Source: a virus. From it: a DNA stretch of 24,953 bases. Every line of letters begins with the position of its first letter. The stretch's first letter is position 1. The position numbers and the translations under genes are program-made. The stretch lies in IMG/VR virus record IMGVR_UViG_3300009720_000014. One strand, given 5' to 3'. This document shows, piece by piece, positions 14,099-23,600 of this stretch. The notes beneath the pieces were generated by a model, which saw nothing but the letters and a program-made list of their open reading frames with translations, had not been told where the DNA came from and made no database searches.

Positions 14099-15870
14099 GA
14101 ATTTTTCAAAGCTGTATTTTCATCAGATAACTTTTTATTTTCTTCCTGAAGAGCAGCTATCTGAGTATTAAGAGAGGTTACATCAAATAAACTCTGATAT
14201 TGAGTAACAACCTGATTAAAATCTTTAAAAGAATAATATACACCTTCGTAGAAAGTATACTGAGTTCCGTCAGGGTTTTTAACTACTATTGAATAAGCAT
14301 TATTTGTTTGTGCTAATAATTTTTGAGCTTGGGATTCAAGTATCTTAAATTCCAATTGACCCAAAGTTGTATTCATATTAGATGAGAAAGTTGGACTTAT
14401 CTCTATTTTTGACTGATCATCGAGAACGAATACTAAGGCATAGTTATAAGCTCCTGAAAGATCTACATTTTGAGCTTGATTTCCACTATCAGTATCGATT
14501 TTATCAAAATTAAATAAGTATACCCCATCACTTTGTCTTATAAACAATGGCCCAGTTCCTTGAGGAAGAACTTCATTATTCATATTAAGCATTACTTGGG
14601 TTGTATCATAAAATACTTTAACAAATTTAGTTCTTTGTGCTCCACCGCTAAGAACACTAGGGCTAGATTCCCCTTCCACCCTATTAAATATCTTATATGG
14701 AATAAAATTATCCACATTCAATCTAGTAAAATATAATCCATATTTTTTAGGATCTGTTGATGCAAAAGAAGCTTTTCTAATGATCTGGGTTCCGTCCATC
14801 CTGTTCATTAATCTACAAACATAATCAATCGTGTAAGAAGAAGCAATATCAGCATTCTTTATTACAGGCCTGAAATAGTTTGGATTCATGAAGTTATCTT
14901 CCTGGGTAAATACATATTTCTGTGTTAAAAGAGATGTTCCTGGAGGAATATGTTCGTAGACATAAAGTTCATGCATAAGAACCCATTTATTAGCTCCAGC
15001 TCCATATTCATCAGCAAAATCCTCATAATTATCATTTGGATTATTGGAAGTATAAAGACGGATCTTTCCGCTTTCAATTTCTCCCATATATTCTCCAATG
15101 ATAAGGTCTGCCCATGTTGCATAAAATTCAATGAAATCTCCTCCAGTTGATTCAGCAATTAGGCAATTGAAATTATCTGCTGGGCTTTCTACAGGTAATT
15201 GTAAAGAAATTGCCTCGGAGATAATATACGTATCGACATCCATATCTGGAATTGTACTATACGTAATATAAACATCCGAAAGAGCCTGAATACTTAAATT
15301 CTGACCTAAAGTTGTAACTATATCTCCCCCTAATTCTTGAACAGAAGGAACTTTAAATTCTACATATTTGTCATAAAATCTATTTCCAAGAAGTAAAGTA
15401 TTTGGGCTAAATTTCAAAACATCTGTTCCCAATACTTGTCTTGCCCATGTAAAGTTAGCAAGATCGACAAAATTTCCAGAAGTATCTAATGCTCTTATCT
15501 GAAGAAGAAACCCAGTAACATCCTCAAAATTATATCCAGAGACAATATGAACTCTGATTGTGTCAAATGGATATGAAAGTGTTCCAGTAATAGCTGCAGA
15601 ACTATCAAAATATCCCCAATATCCTGAAGTATCCGGAGATGAAAAATACCAAGTAGATCTATTTGGACTTGTTGGAACTGAATTGAGATTTAAAGTATTA
15701 TTAGTAATCCCTTGTGCCCCTGTATTAAAATACTGAACACTTCCCGAATCATTCAAAGCTTTTACAGATCCTACCGATCCAAAGGTCAATTCATCTCCGC
15801 TCTTATTAAATTCATATTCTAATAAGAGGAAGTCATTTAACTGGACATATTTATTAATGTTTGTAGCCAT
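14095..15870 (-). CDS. putative virion structural protein, beta-rich with a C-terminal coiled coil
   Basis: 591-aa ORF in the structural block; ends with the heptad-like LNTQIAALQEENKKLSDENTALKNS. No family recognised. Confidence 0.75.
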   Translation of the reverse strand: MATNINKYVQLNDFLLLEYEFNKSGDELTFGSVGSVKALNDSGSVQYFNTGAQGITNNTLNLNSVPTSPNRSTWYFSSPDTSGYWGYFDSSAAITGTLSYPFDTIRVHIVSGYNFEDVTGFLLQIRALDTSGNFVDLANFTWARQVLGTDVLKFSPNTLLLGNRFYDKYVEFKVPSVQELGGDIVTTLGQNLSIQALSDVYITYSTIPDMDVDTYIISEAISLQLPVESPADNFNCLIAESTGGDFIEFYATWADLIIGEYMGEIESGKIRLYTSNNPNDNYEDFADEYGAGANKWVLMHELYVYEHIPPGTSLLTQKYVFTQEDNFMNPNYFRPVIKNADIASSYTIDYVCRLMNRMDGTQIIRKASFASTDPKKYGLYFTRLNVDNFIPYKIFNRVEGESSPSVLSGGAQRTKFVKVFYDTTQVMLNMNNEVLPQGTGPLFIRQSDGVYLFNFDKIDTDSGNQAQNVDLSGAYNYALVFVLDDQSKIEISPTFSSNMNTTLGQLEFKILESQAQKLLAQTNNAYSIVVKNPDGTQYTFYEGVYYSFKDFNQVVTQYQSLFDVTSLNTQIAALQEENKKLSDENTALKNS

Positions 15871-15882
15871 TCAGTTTTTTAT

Positions 15883-15892
15883 TCTATATATT
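15883..15892 (-). promoter_or_regulatory. RATAWATARA motif (candidate late promoter)
   Basis: AATATATAGA on the - strand, 12 nt before ATG 15870. Confidence 0.45.
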
Positions 15893-15916
15893 CCATTACT
15901 AGGTCCCCCCGTTATC

Positions 15917-16768
15917 CTACCAAGAAAAGATGGTATATCCGAAAGACGGGCCAACAACTATTACTGGTTTTCCTTGCAAAAAATCATAAGTAGGCATTAT
16001 TCCAAGATTAACACTAAATCCTGTAAACCAATGAGAGCGTTTTGGAACATCAAGTAATACTCCTTCCATATTCGTAACATTAAATCCTGGATATTTACTA
16101 TTTGCAAAAACTCTTAATTTGCCCTTCTCCCATTTTTGGCCCCAAACTAATTCAATTTGAGTAACCCTTGAAAGCATTCTTGTCCCTTCATGATTAACCG
16201 TTATTAGATTCCAATCCATTTGCTGATTTAAAACACCGGGGGTTAATTTATAAAATCTATCAGTGGTTAAGCCTATTCTAGTTTCTCCTTTAAAAATATC
16301 ATAATTAGTTGAATCATAAGTATATGCTAAAGTCCAAGGAACTAAATAAGTTGTGTCGTTTAATTTAATGGGCTCCTCTAATACTGTTCTTAGAGAATCA
16401 ATATATTTGTTGAGATCCGTTGTATCTTGTCTCAAAAGTATAATAATCCTGTTTAAAGAAATAACCTTTCCCTTTTGCTTTTCAACCTCTGTAGCAAGAT
16501 CCTTATTAAGCTTTTTTAGTGTTTCAAGATCAGCAACAAATCCATCTATGGAATATTGTAACTCTCCTGTTTTTAGTCTTTCTTTTTTCAAAGTATCTAC
16601 TAAAGCTGAATTGTTTTGGTTTGCATTATTGATTTCTTCTTTGAGATCTCTAATGCTTGAGCACATCTGAGCAATCCAGATTACAAGGATTAATGCAATC
16701 GCATATCCCAATAATTTAGAATTTAAGAATGACCAAATAGCTTTTAAAATTTTAGTTATTGCTGCCAT
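15917..16768 (-). CDS. membrane-anchored coiled-coil protein with a C-terminal beta-hairpin (spanin-like candidate)
   Basis: N-terminal TM segment (LLGYAIALILVIWIAQMC), coiled coils, and C-terminal amphipathic strands ending GPSFGYTIFSW. Confidence 0.6.
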   Translation of the reverse strand: MAAITKILKAIWSFLNSKLLGYAIALILVIWIAQMCSSIRDLKEEINNANQNNSALVDTLKKERLKTGELQYSIDGFVADLETLKKLNKDLATEVEKQKGKVISLNRIIILLRQDTTDLNKYIDSLRTVLEEPIKLNDTTYLVPWTLAYTYDSTNYDIFKGETRIGLTTDRFYKLTPGVLNQQMDWNLITVNHEGTRMLSRVTQIELVWGQKWEKGKLRVFANSKYPGFNVTNMEGVLLDVPKRSHWFTGFSVNLGIMPTYDFLQGKPVIVVGPSFGYTIFSW

Positions 16769-16776
16769 ATTTTATT

Positions 16777-18642
16777 TTAAGTAATTGATGCAAAAGTATT
16801 AACAGATTCATAGGTATTCTGGAGATAAACAGAAGGACCAGACTTATATTTAAAGTTAAAGTTGCTAGCTTGTAATTCACTTTCTACATGATAAGGCATT
16901 CCAGGATCACTATAGAATTGTATTTCACTAATATTTCTAATTAATAATGGTAAGCTTCCTGTGCTAACATTTGTAAGATTTATTGTCCAATAAGATGCAT
17001 CGTAAGTTGCATTTGGAGCAAAATATCCAAAGCTCTTAGAGTAAAGAACTAGACCTCCTTTTGTGGAAATAGTTATATTAGATGAAACGTATAAACTTTC
17101 CATATTGGAATTATTATTCCAAACCCGCAATGCAAGATCGACAGAAGCATCTGTATATGTTCCAACTGGGAGATTATTTATCCATAGAGATGCGTCTTGT
17201 CTTTCATAGCTATACCAGGAATAAGTATTATCATATAAATATCCAAGGGATATATCTACCCATGCGGTTACTAATGACCCTGGTTTATAGATGGAAACAT
17301 CTTTATAAGCTCCGCTATAAGGACTTACTCTCATAATGAAAGTTTTATTTATACCGCTGTTTACAGAAACGTCAAACCAGATAGATCCATCTAATCCTCC
17401 GGTACTTGCAGATCTAATATTATAGATTAAATTACTTGGATTTGGGATCATTGAATATGACCAAGGAACATTAGAATCAATATTAAATCCAACGCTTGCT
17501 TCATATCCTGTAGAAGAGCTTTGATATGTTGCAGGTGATACAGTTATTGAAGCTCCTGTGATACTTTGAACATCAGAATTTCTTGTCCATCCATTTTTAT
17601 TTACAGAAATATAATAGCTATAAACATTAGGAATAGTTAATCCTGCAAGCCTAATACTTCCTGAAGCATCAATATTATGAAAAATAAGAGGACGCATTAA
17701 GGAAGAATCGAATCTTATAAGCTGCCCGTTATATGGATTTCCATTTGTATAGACATATAGAGTTCCTGTAACATCAGGATCATTTGTAAAATCTCTTAAA
17801 TTCCATCTAATCGACGCGTCACCCGAGGTTCCATAAATTCCAACAAAAGATGAAGGATTTGGATTAAAATTATCATCAAATAAGCAATTTGCAGCTATTT
17901 CATAGTTTGTTAGAACTGTGCCATCTGGAGATGATGGGGTAACGGAATTATTGGGGCTTTTTGTTTGAACAAGAGAAGAAACATCAAAGATTAAATTCAC
18001 ATCTCTTAACCCCCCTACACTATCAAGATTACCAATTCTAAATGCGTTATTACTTGGATCATTAACGATAGCTAAAGCCTTTTCATCATCAGAAATAGCT
18101 GTTTGCCCAGAAGTATAAACCGTAAATGGAATATAATTTCCAAATTGAATATTACTATATTCTATCCTGGCAAAATTTTTAGGTTCTATACCATAGATAT
18201 TTGAAGGAACTTGGGAATAATTTATCCCTCCGGACATTGTATAAACGTTGTCTATGATATATTTTGGCGAAGTGTTACTATTGAAATATCTTGCATAGTT
18301 TTGATCAGAACTTATTCCAAGGGGAACAAAAAATCCTCCCATGTTTAAACTGGCGAATTTATATTCATAAGTATCTGTTTCCGCATTTATTTCGTATGCT
18401 TTTCCTTCGCTATCGAAAAATAGATCCCCGGTAACATAAACTCTTCCCCCTGGTAATGAAACTGGAGGGTTTACAGACCATAATGCAAAATCATTAGCAA
18501 TTCGAGAATTTATTAATGTTGTATCACTAACGGGATCAAAGTCTGTAAAATACATCGCAAGACCTTGGGATCCAACAGATCCATCATTACCTTTGGTTCC
18601 AAATCCGGGTCTTCCGGGTGCATATTTAAACTTTTCGCTCAT
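16777..18642 (-). CDS. putative tail fibre/adhesin-like protein, paralogue 1 (collagen-like start, BACON-like domain)
   Basis: G-X-Y run GTK-GND-GSV-GSQ-GLA; N-terminal ~370 aa alignable with 18666-20582; FNIDSNVPW...GGLDGSIWFDVSVN BACON-like segment at about 17280-17550. Confidence 0.7.
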   Translation of the reverse strand: MSEKFKYAPGRPGFGTKGNDGSVGSQGLAMYFTDFDPVSDTTLINSRIANDFALWSVNPPVSLPGGRVYVTGDLFFDSEGKAYEINAETDTYEYKFASLNMGGFFVPLGISSDQNYARYFNSNTSPKYIIDNVYTMSGGINYSQVPSNIYGIEPKNFARIEYSNIQFGNYIPFTVYTSGQTAISDDEKALAIVNDPSNNAFRIGNLDSVGGLRDVNLIFDVSSLVQTKSPNNSVTPSSPDGTVLTNYEIAANCLFDDNFNPNPSSFVGIYGTSGDASIRWNLRDFTNDPDVTGTLYVYTNGNPYNGQLIRFDSSLMRPLIFHNIDASGSIRLAGLTIPNVYSYYISVNKNGWTRNSDVQSITGASITVSPATYQSSSTGYEASVGFNIDSNVPWSYSMIPNPSNLIYNIRSASTGGLDGSIWFDVSVNSGINKTFIMRVSPYSGAYKDVSIYKPGSLVTAWVDISLGYLYDNTYSWYSYERQDASLWINNLPVGTYTDASVDLALRVWNNNSNMESLYVSSNITISTKGGLVLYSKSFGYFAPNATYDASYWTINLTNVSTGSLPLLIRNISEIQFYSDPGMPYHVESELQASNFNFKYKSGPSVYLQNTYESVNTFASIT

Positions 18643-18650
18643 ATCGTTTC

Positions 18651-18660
18651 TTTATATATT
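18651..18660 (-). promoter_or_regulatory. RATAWATARA motif (candidate late promoter)
   Basis: AATATATAAA on the - strand, 8 nt before ATG 18642. Confidence 0.5.
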
Positions 18661-18665
18661 TTCAA

Positions 18666-20582
18666 TTATACAAAAGGTGGCATAGCAGGAACACTTGAAG
18701 CAGCAGATTCTGTGATATTACATGCTGTAATAGGTTTCTTAGCATACCAATATTTGTTTGTTCCGACACTAAATACACCTCCTCCGGGACTTGGAGAAGT
18801 TTTTGTTACTGATGTAATTTCAGCCCAAACCTGGCTAAATTCATAGTCCCCACTATTATCATATTCGCATTCAAGCTGTGTCCAATCTACCCTCCATTTA
18901 TTTTGAGTAGATGCAGTAATTCCTGTAGCATTATATGATGTTGATGTCGAAGCATCAATAGTTTCGTTTCTAGCAGTTCTTGATAAAGTTGCTGTAGCTC
19001 TTGTTATCCCGTTTTCTGTTAAATTAATAGTAGCCCTTACCGTTCTTGACCCGAGAGCATAATCCCTTTGAACTCTAACCCAAGCATAAACTTTTAATCC
19101 AACGGTAACTGTTTGATTTGTTAATGCAGGGCTAAATACAAGGCTACCATCATTATTAAAATAAACTGTATAAGCTGTTTGCCCCGTTTGAGTAACTAGT
19201 ATCGATGGATCTGGATTAGCTTCTGAGAAAACATAAACTACAGCGGATCGGGTATTTATAGTATCATTATATCCTAAGCTAACTTCAAAAGTTCCTAAAC
19301 CTGGCCCTGAAGAACTATTCTGAAGTAAACTAACCCAAGTCTGAGGGGGAATGACTGATGAATTCCACCCGGTAGGAGAGTTTGTTGAAATATCCACAGG
19401 ATATTTATAAGTTAGACCAGATGAAAACCACCCAGAAGCATCTGCTGAAAGAGTTTTGCTAGATGGATCCAAAATAGTCATAATAGGAGGAGAATCTGTT
19501 GTAGTAATCTGTCTAATTGTAGAGGATCTTTCCCATCCATCTTTTGAAATAACCATTTGATATTCATAAGTCTTTGCAGATGGACAATTAGAAATTTGTA
19601 CGTATCCAGTTTGTTCAACATCAAAAAAAGACATTGGAACTGCAATATTTCCGGTGGATGCGTTCATATAAAAAACACTTGAATCTCTTCTTCGATTAAA
19701 ATGAAGAACCCCTTTTATAGAAGGATCATTACAAAAATCTAAAAGATTCCAATAAATGTTTATTTGAGAATTTAAGGGAGATGTAGCATAAAAGGAAATG
19801 GGTTCTCTTTGAAAATTCGGATCAAATAATAAAGGAGTGTTCTTTTGTTTATTAGTTAATATTGTTCCCTCAGGGGAATTTAAAATAATATCTGAATTAG
19901 GAAAAGTTATAGAACTAACATCCAATATGAGATTAGTGTTTCTCATTCCATCAAAAGAACCGATGTTTCCTAATCTCCAAAGTTTCTGTTCTTCATCATA
20001 AACTAAAGCTAAACTTTTATGATCATCGGATCCAACATTTGCTGCTAAAGAGTAGACAGTAAAAGCATTATAAGACCCGTCTTTAATATCCGAATATTCA
20101 AATCTAGCAAAATTCTTTGATTCTATTCCATAAAGATATTTTGGGGGATCCGTATAATTAGAGCTCCCATATTGAGAATTAGTATTATCGATTAAAATAT
20201 TAGGGGATCCATCAAGAATATTATGAAATCTCTGAAATCCTGTATCTGATATGACATTCCATTTTGATTGGAAAAATTGGCTCTTATTTAAAGCCCCGGG
20301 AGCCCTATCATATTCATCAATATCTGCATTTATTTCATAAATAAATCCTCTGGAATCAACAAAGAGATCTCCATTTTGATATTTCCTCCCGCCAGGGAGT
20401 TTTGTCCCAGCCGGTGCAGAAGACCACAAAACTTCATCATTAGCAATAGCGCTTTCAATATTTAAAATGTTTGCTATTGGATCGTAATCCGTAAAGTAAA
20501 GAGCAAGACCGTCAATTCCTGCTGAGCCATCTTGTCCCTTTGCCCCGTATCCTAATATACCTGGTGAATATTGAAAATTCAT
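18666..20582 (-). CDS. putative tail fibre/adhesin-like protein, paralogue 2 (collagen-like start, BACON domain)
   Basis: G-X-Y run GAK-GQD-GSA-GID-GLA; STNSPTGW...WVSL...SGPGLGTFEVSLGYN...RSAVVYV...ILVTQTG at about 19180-19470 fits the BACON pattern. Confidence 0.75.
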   Translation of the reverse strand: MNFQYSPGILGYGAKGQDGSAGIDGLALYFTDYDPIANILNIESAIANDEVLWSSAPAGTKLPGGRKYQNGDLFVDSRGFIYEINADIDEYDRAPGALNKSQFFQSKWNVISDTGFQRFHNILDGSPNILIDNTNSQYGSSNYTDPPKYLYGIESKNFARFEYSDIKDGSYNAFTVYSLAANVGSDDHKSLALVYDEEQKLWRLGNIGSFDGMRNTNLILDVSSITFPNSDIILNSPEGTILTNKQKNTPLLFDPNFQREPISFYATSPLNSQINIYWNLLDFCNDPSIKGVLHFNRRRDSSVFYMNASTGNIAVPMSFFDVEQTGYVQISNCPSAKTYEYQMVISKDGWERSSTIRQITTTDSPPIMTILDPSSKTLSADASGWFSSGLTYKYPVDISTNSPTGWNSSVIPPQTWVSLLQNSSSGPGLGTFEVSLGYNDTINTRSAVVYVFSEANPDPSILVTQTGQTAYTVYFNNDGSLVFSPALTNQTVTVGLKVYAWVRVQRDYALGSRTVRATINLTENGITRATATLSRTARNETIDASTSTSYNATGITASTQNKWRVDWTQLECEYDNSGDYEFSQVWAEITSVTKTSPSPGGGVFSVGTNKYWYAKKPITACNITESAASSVPAMPPFV

Positions 20583-20594
20583 TTAAGAAATTTA

Positions 20595-20604
20595 TTTATA
20601 TATT
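20595..20604 (-). promoter_or_regulatory. RATAWATARA motif (candidate late promoter)
   Basis: AATATATAAA on the - strand, 12 nt before ATG 20582. Confidence 0.5.
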
Positions 20605-20605
20605 T

Positions 20606-23600
20606 TTACTTTTCCGTTAGTGTAAAGTTTACAAAATATGTGTAATTTCCTGTTTTTGGAACTACTATTTTATAAAGATATTCATCGTTCTGGTAAATTA
20701 CTTGACCGTTAAAATTTTGCTTCTCAAAAGTTAAAAAGCTGGAATCATAGTTATATGCAATCGATTGACTTTCAAATGGTTTGTAAAAGAATCCAACTGT
20801 TATTTTTTGAGTACTTATATTATAATAGGTTAGAATTGTGTTATTAATATAAGAATCGATAACACTATCTGCATTTGATAATCCAGCCCAGTTACCAAGG
20901 AACTCTATATTAGACTTAAATAAATTACGAACTGCCCTTGTTAAATTAAATAATAATGTTATTTCTGCAGCATTTTCGTAAGACACCTGGGCCGTAGTAA
21001 TATCCCAGTTTCCGAGAGTAATTTGATCCGGAAGTTTAGGAAGTTTCGATCCAAAAAATGCAGGTAATTCTTCTGTGGATTCATATCCATCCACCGGAAT
21101 ATTGTCCTTGATATAATAATCAGAGTCCCAAAGAGCTTTAAATACATTGAAATCCTCAATGAAATTTATAGCATTCCCAGAACTAACATCTTGAGAAGTT
21201 ACCGAAGAAACTACTTCATGATACCATAATTGAGGAATATTATTATATTTTCTCAAGTTAGTATTACTGAAAACAAAGTCCCTATCAACCGTATTAATTA
21301 ATTCAACTTCCTCATCTGCTTGGAAATCAAGAATAGAATTAAATTTTGGTTTGAACCATCCATTATAAGTATAAATCCCCCTATATGTTCTTGGTGGATT
21401 AATAGTAATTCTAAAAGGATTGGAAAGCCCGAAATCTTCACTTGTGTAAACCTCATCCCCCCTGATAACTGAATACATTACATAATTATACGTAGGGGAA
21501 AGGAAGTATTGTAAGGATTGATATTTTGTTGTGTTATTTGTATACCAGTTTCTGTTATTTCCATAATTGTATCCATAGTTAATAACATGGTCCCCAAAAG
21601 TATTTGGGTCAGGGAGATAAGTGTATTCTACTCTTTGCAAGAAAGTGTTAAATTCCCTACTATCTGTATTAAATACTCCAAGAACCGAAATGGTATTATT
21701 TCCAAAAGCATTCCATTCAGAATTAAATCCATTTTGATTAAGATTTAACTGAGCATAAGGTCTTGCTAAAGTATTTGAATAGAATGTAGATGTTCCATAA
21801 AAATTATGTAATGTTTTCTGAATGGTAGAGTTATTTACATAGAAAGGAGTTTTAACAAAAGAATATACTGAAGCATCAACCCCTCCAGAGATAAATCCCC
21901 CATTAGAAGCATCCATAATAGATTTACCCGGGAGATAAGTAGAATACCTAACATTATAATTAAGCTCGTCATTCCCTTGATACCAAACCATTAAAATAGT
22001 TTTAGTATTTTCATTTATTATTACATCAATAGGTCTTTTATGATCCCTATTTCTTGAGGGGGTAGAAATAAATGAAAATCTATATCTATCATAGTTTTTA
22101 ATGTCAAATACGTTTTTAGCAATATTTTCAACTTGAATAGAAAGATTTAAACCAAGAAAAATTACATCAATGGTATTTTTGTATCCATTATAATAAACAA
22201 TAGAAGATCTTGTTTTTGTTCCTTCAACATTATAATTTGAATATAGAAGTTTTGAAAAATAATCAACATAAGGATATTTAAACATCAGTTCTCTGAATGT
22301 AAAATATTCCCCATTATCATCTAATACATCATTTATATCATAGAAAACATAATCTTGCCAAGCTCTTCCGCAAGGGGTTAAATACTTGTAAACAGGATAA
22401 GAGATTTCCTGGTTAAAGCTATCTGCTGTTGGAATAAAATTTGTACTTGCATCAAGAGCAGAAGCATCGAGTAATAATCTAAAAGGATTGTCTCGACAAT
22501 CTGTTCCCAAACCTACCCATTTTGCAACAGAAGGGATAGTAAGACCGTATTTTAATAGAGAGCTTGAATCATAATAATCTCCAAGATTCTCTTCATTAAA
22601 TCCTGGTTTGTATCCTGTATAATTATAAGATCCATCTACTACTGCATAGGTTAAACGAGTATTTGTAGCAGCAATAAAATATAAACTTGTATCAAATGTA
22701 TTAAATCTTGTTCCTGTTGAGTAAGGATATGTAAAAATTCCTTGCTTATATGATCCAGTTCCAGATGCAACCACATAAGATCCGGGTATGGAAAGATTAT
22801 AGTCCAATGATGCATCAATGCAAATATACCATGTGCTTATATCATTTTCCCTGTTGTAAATATATTCGCTCTGGAATCCTATGCAAGAATCATAAACAGT
22901 ATAATCCACATCTTTTACAGGATTTATTCCCATAAGAGATAGATTTAAAGGATAAATGCTATAGGCATTAAATATCCCTTTGATGGTTTGTATTTCTTTT
23001 TCGGACATTATTAAAATTTTGTCCGATAAACTAAGGGGATCTTTTACATATTGATAAGAGTTATTGGACACATCAAAATCCAAAATTCTTCTATACCATC
23101 CATCAGTTCCCTGATATAAAGTGGGCTGTTCAAATTTGTCAACTATATTTTGAGAAGCATCAAAGCTATAAAGATTATTAATACCTCTATTAATAAGATT
23201 TACAATAATGGTTTGGCGATCTCCATAAAGTTCAAAATCTATTGGGCCAAAATATGCACTTGCTTCAATAACTCCAAAATCATCCATTGTCGGAATAAAT
23301 CTTCCAAAGAAAGCAATATCTTCAGGCGATGCCGCAGTATTAAATCCTGAAGATGGATCTGAAAAATCATTTAAGGTTGGAGCGGCAATTCTTTGAAACT
23401 GCCATTCGTCAGAATTTGCGGAATCCTCTATAATAAGGGAAACCCAATTATCACCCCTAACCCCTGCACGGAATTCTGTTCCTTCATAGCTGCTAAATAG
23501 ATCAAAAGCTGATTCTATTTGTTGTATTTGATAGGAAATATCTCCGTTTATATCAAAAAAAGTTCTGAAAACCGTTGGGTATCCGGGGTTTTCTGAAATA

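Noticed and set aside
6768-23350. Remaining short alternate-frame or antisense ORFs in the track (e.g. 6768-7025, 7602-7829, 8672-8887, 10603-10821, 12901-13209, 16353-16670, 21518-21748)
   Set aside because: They lie entirely within longer, well-supported genes and have no recognisable motifs.
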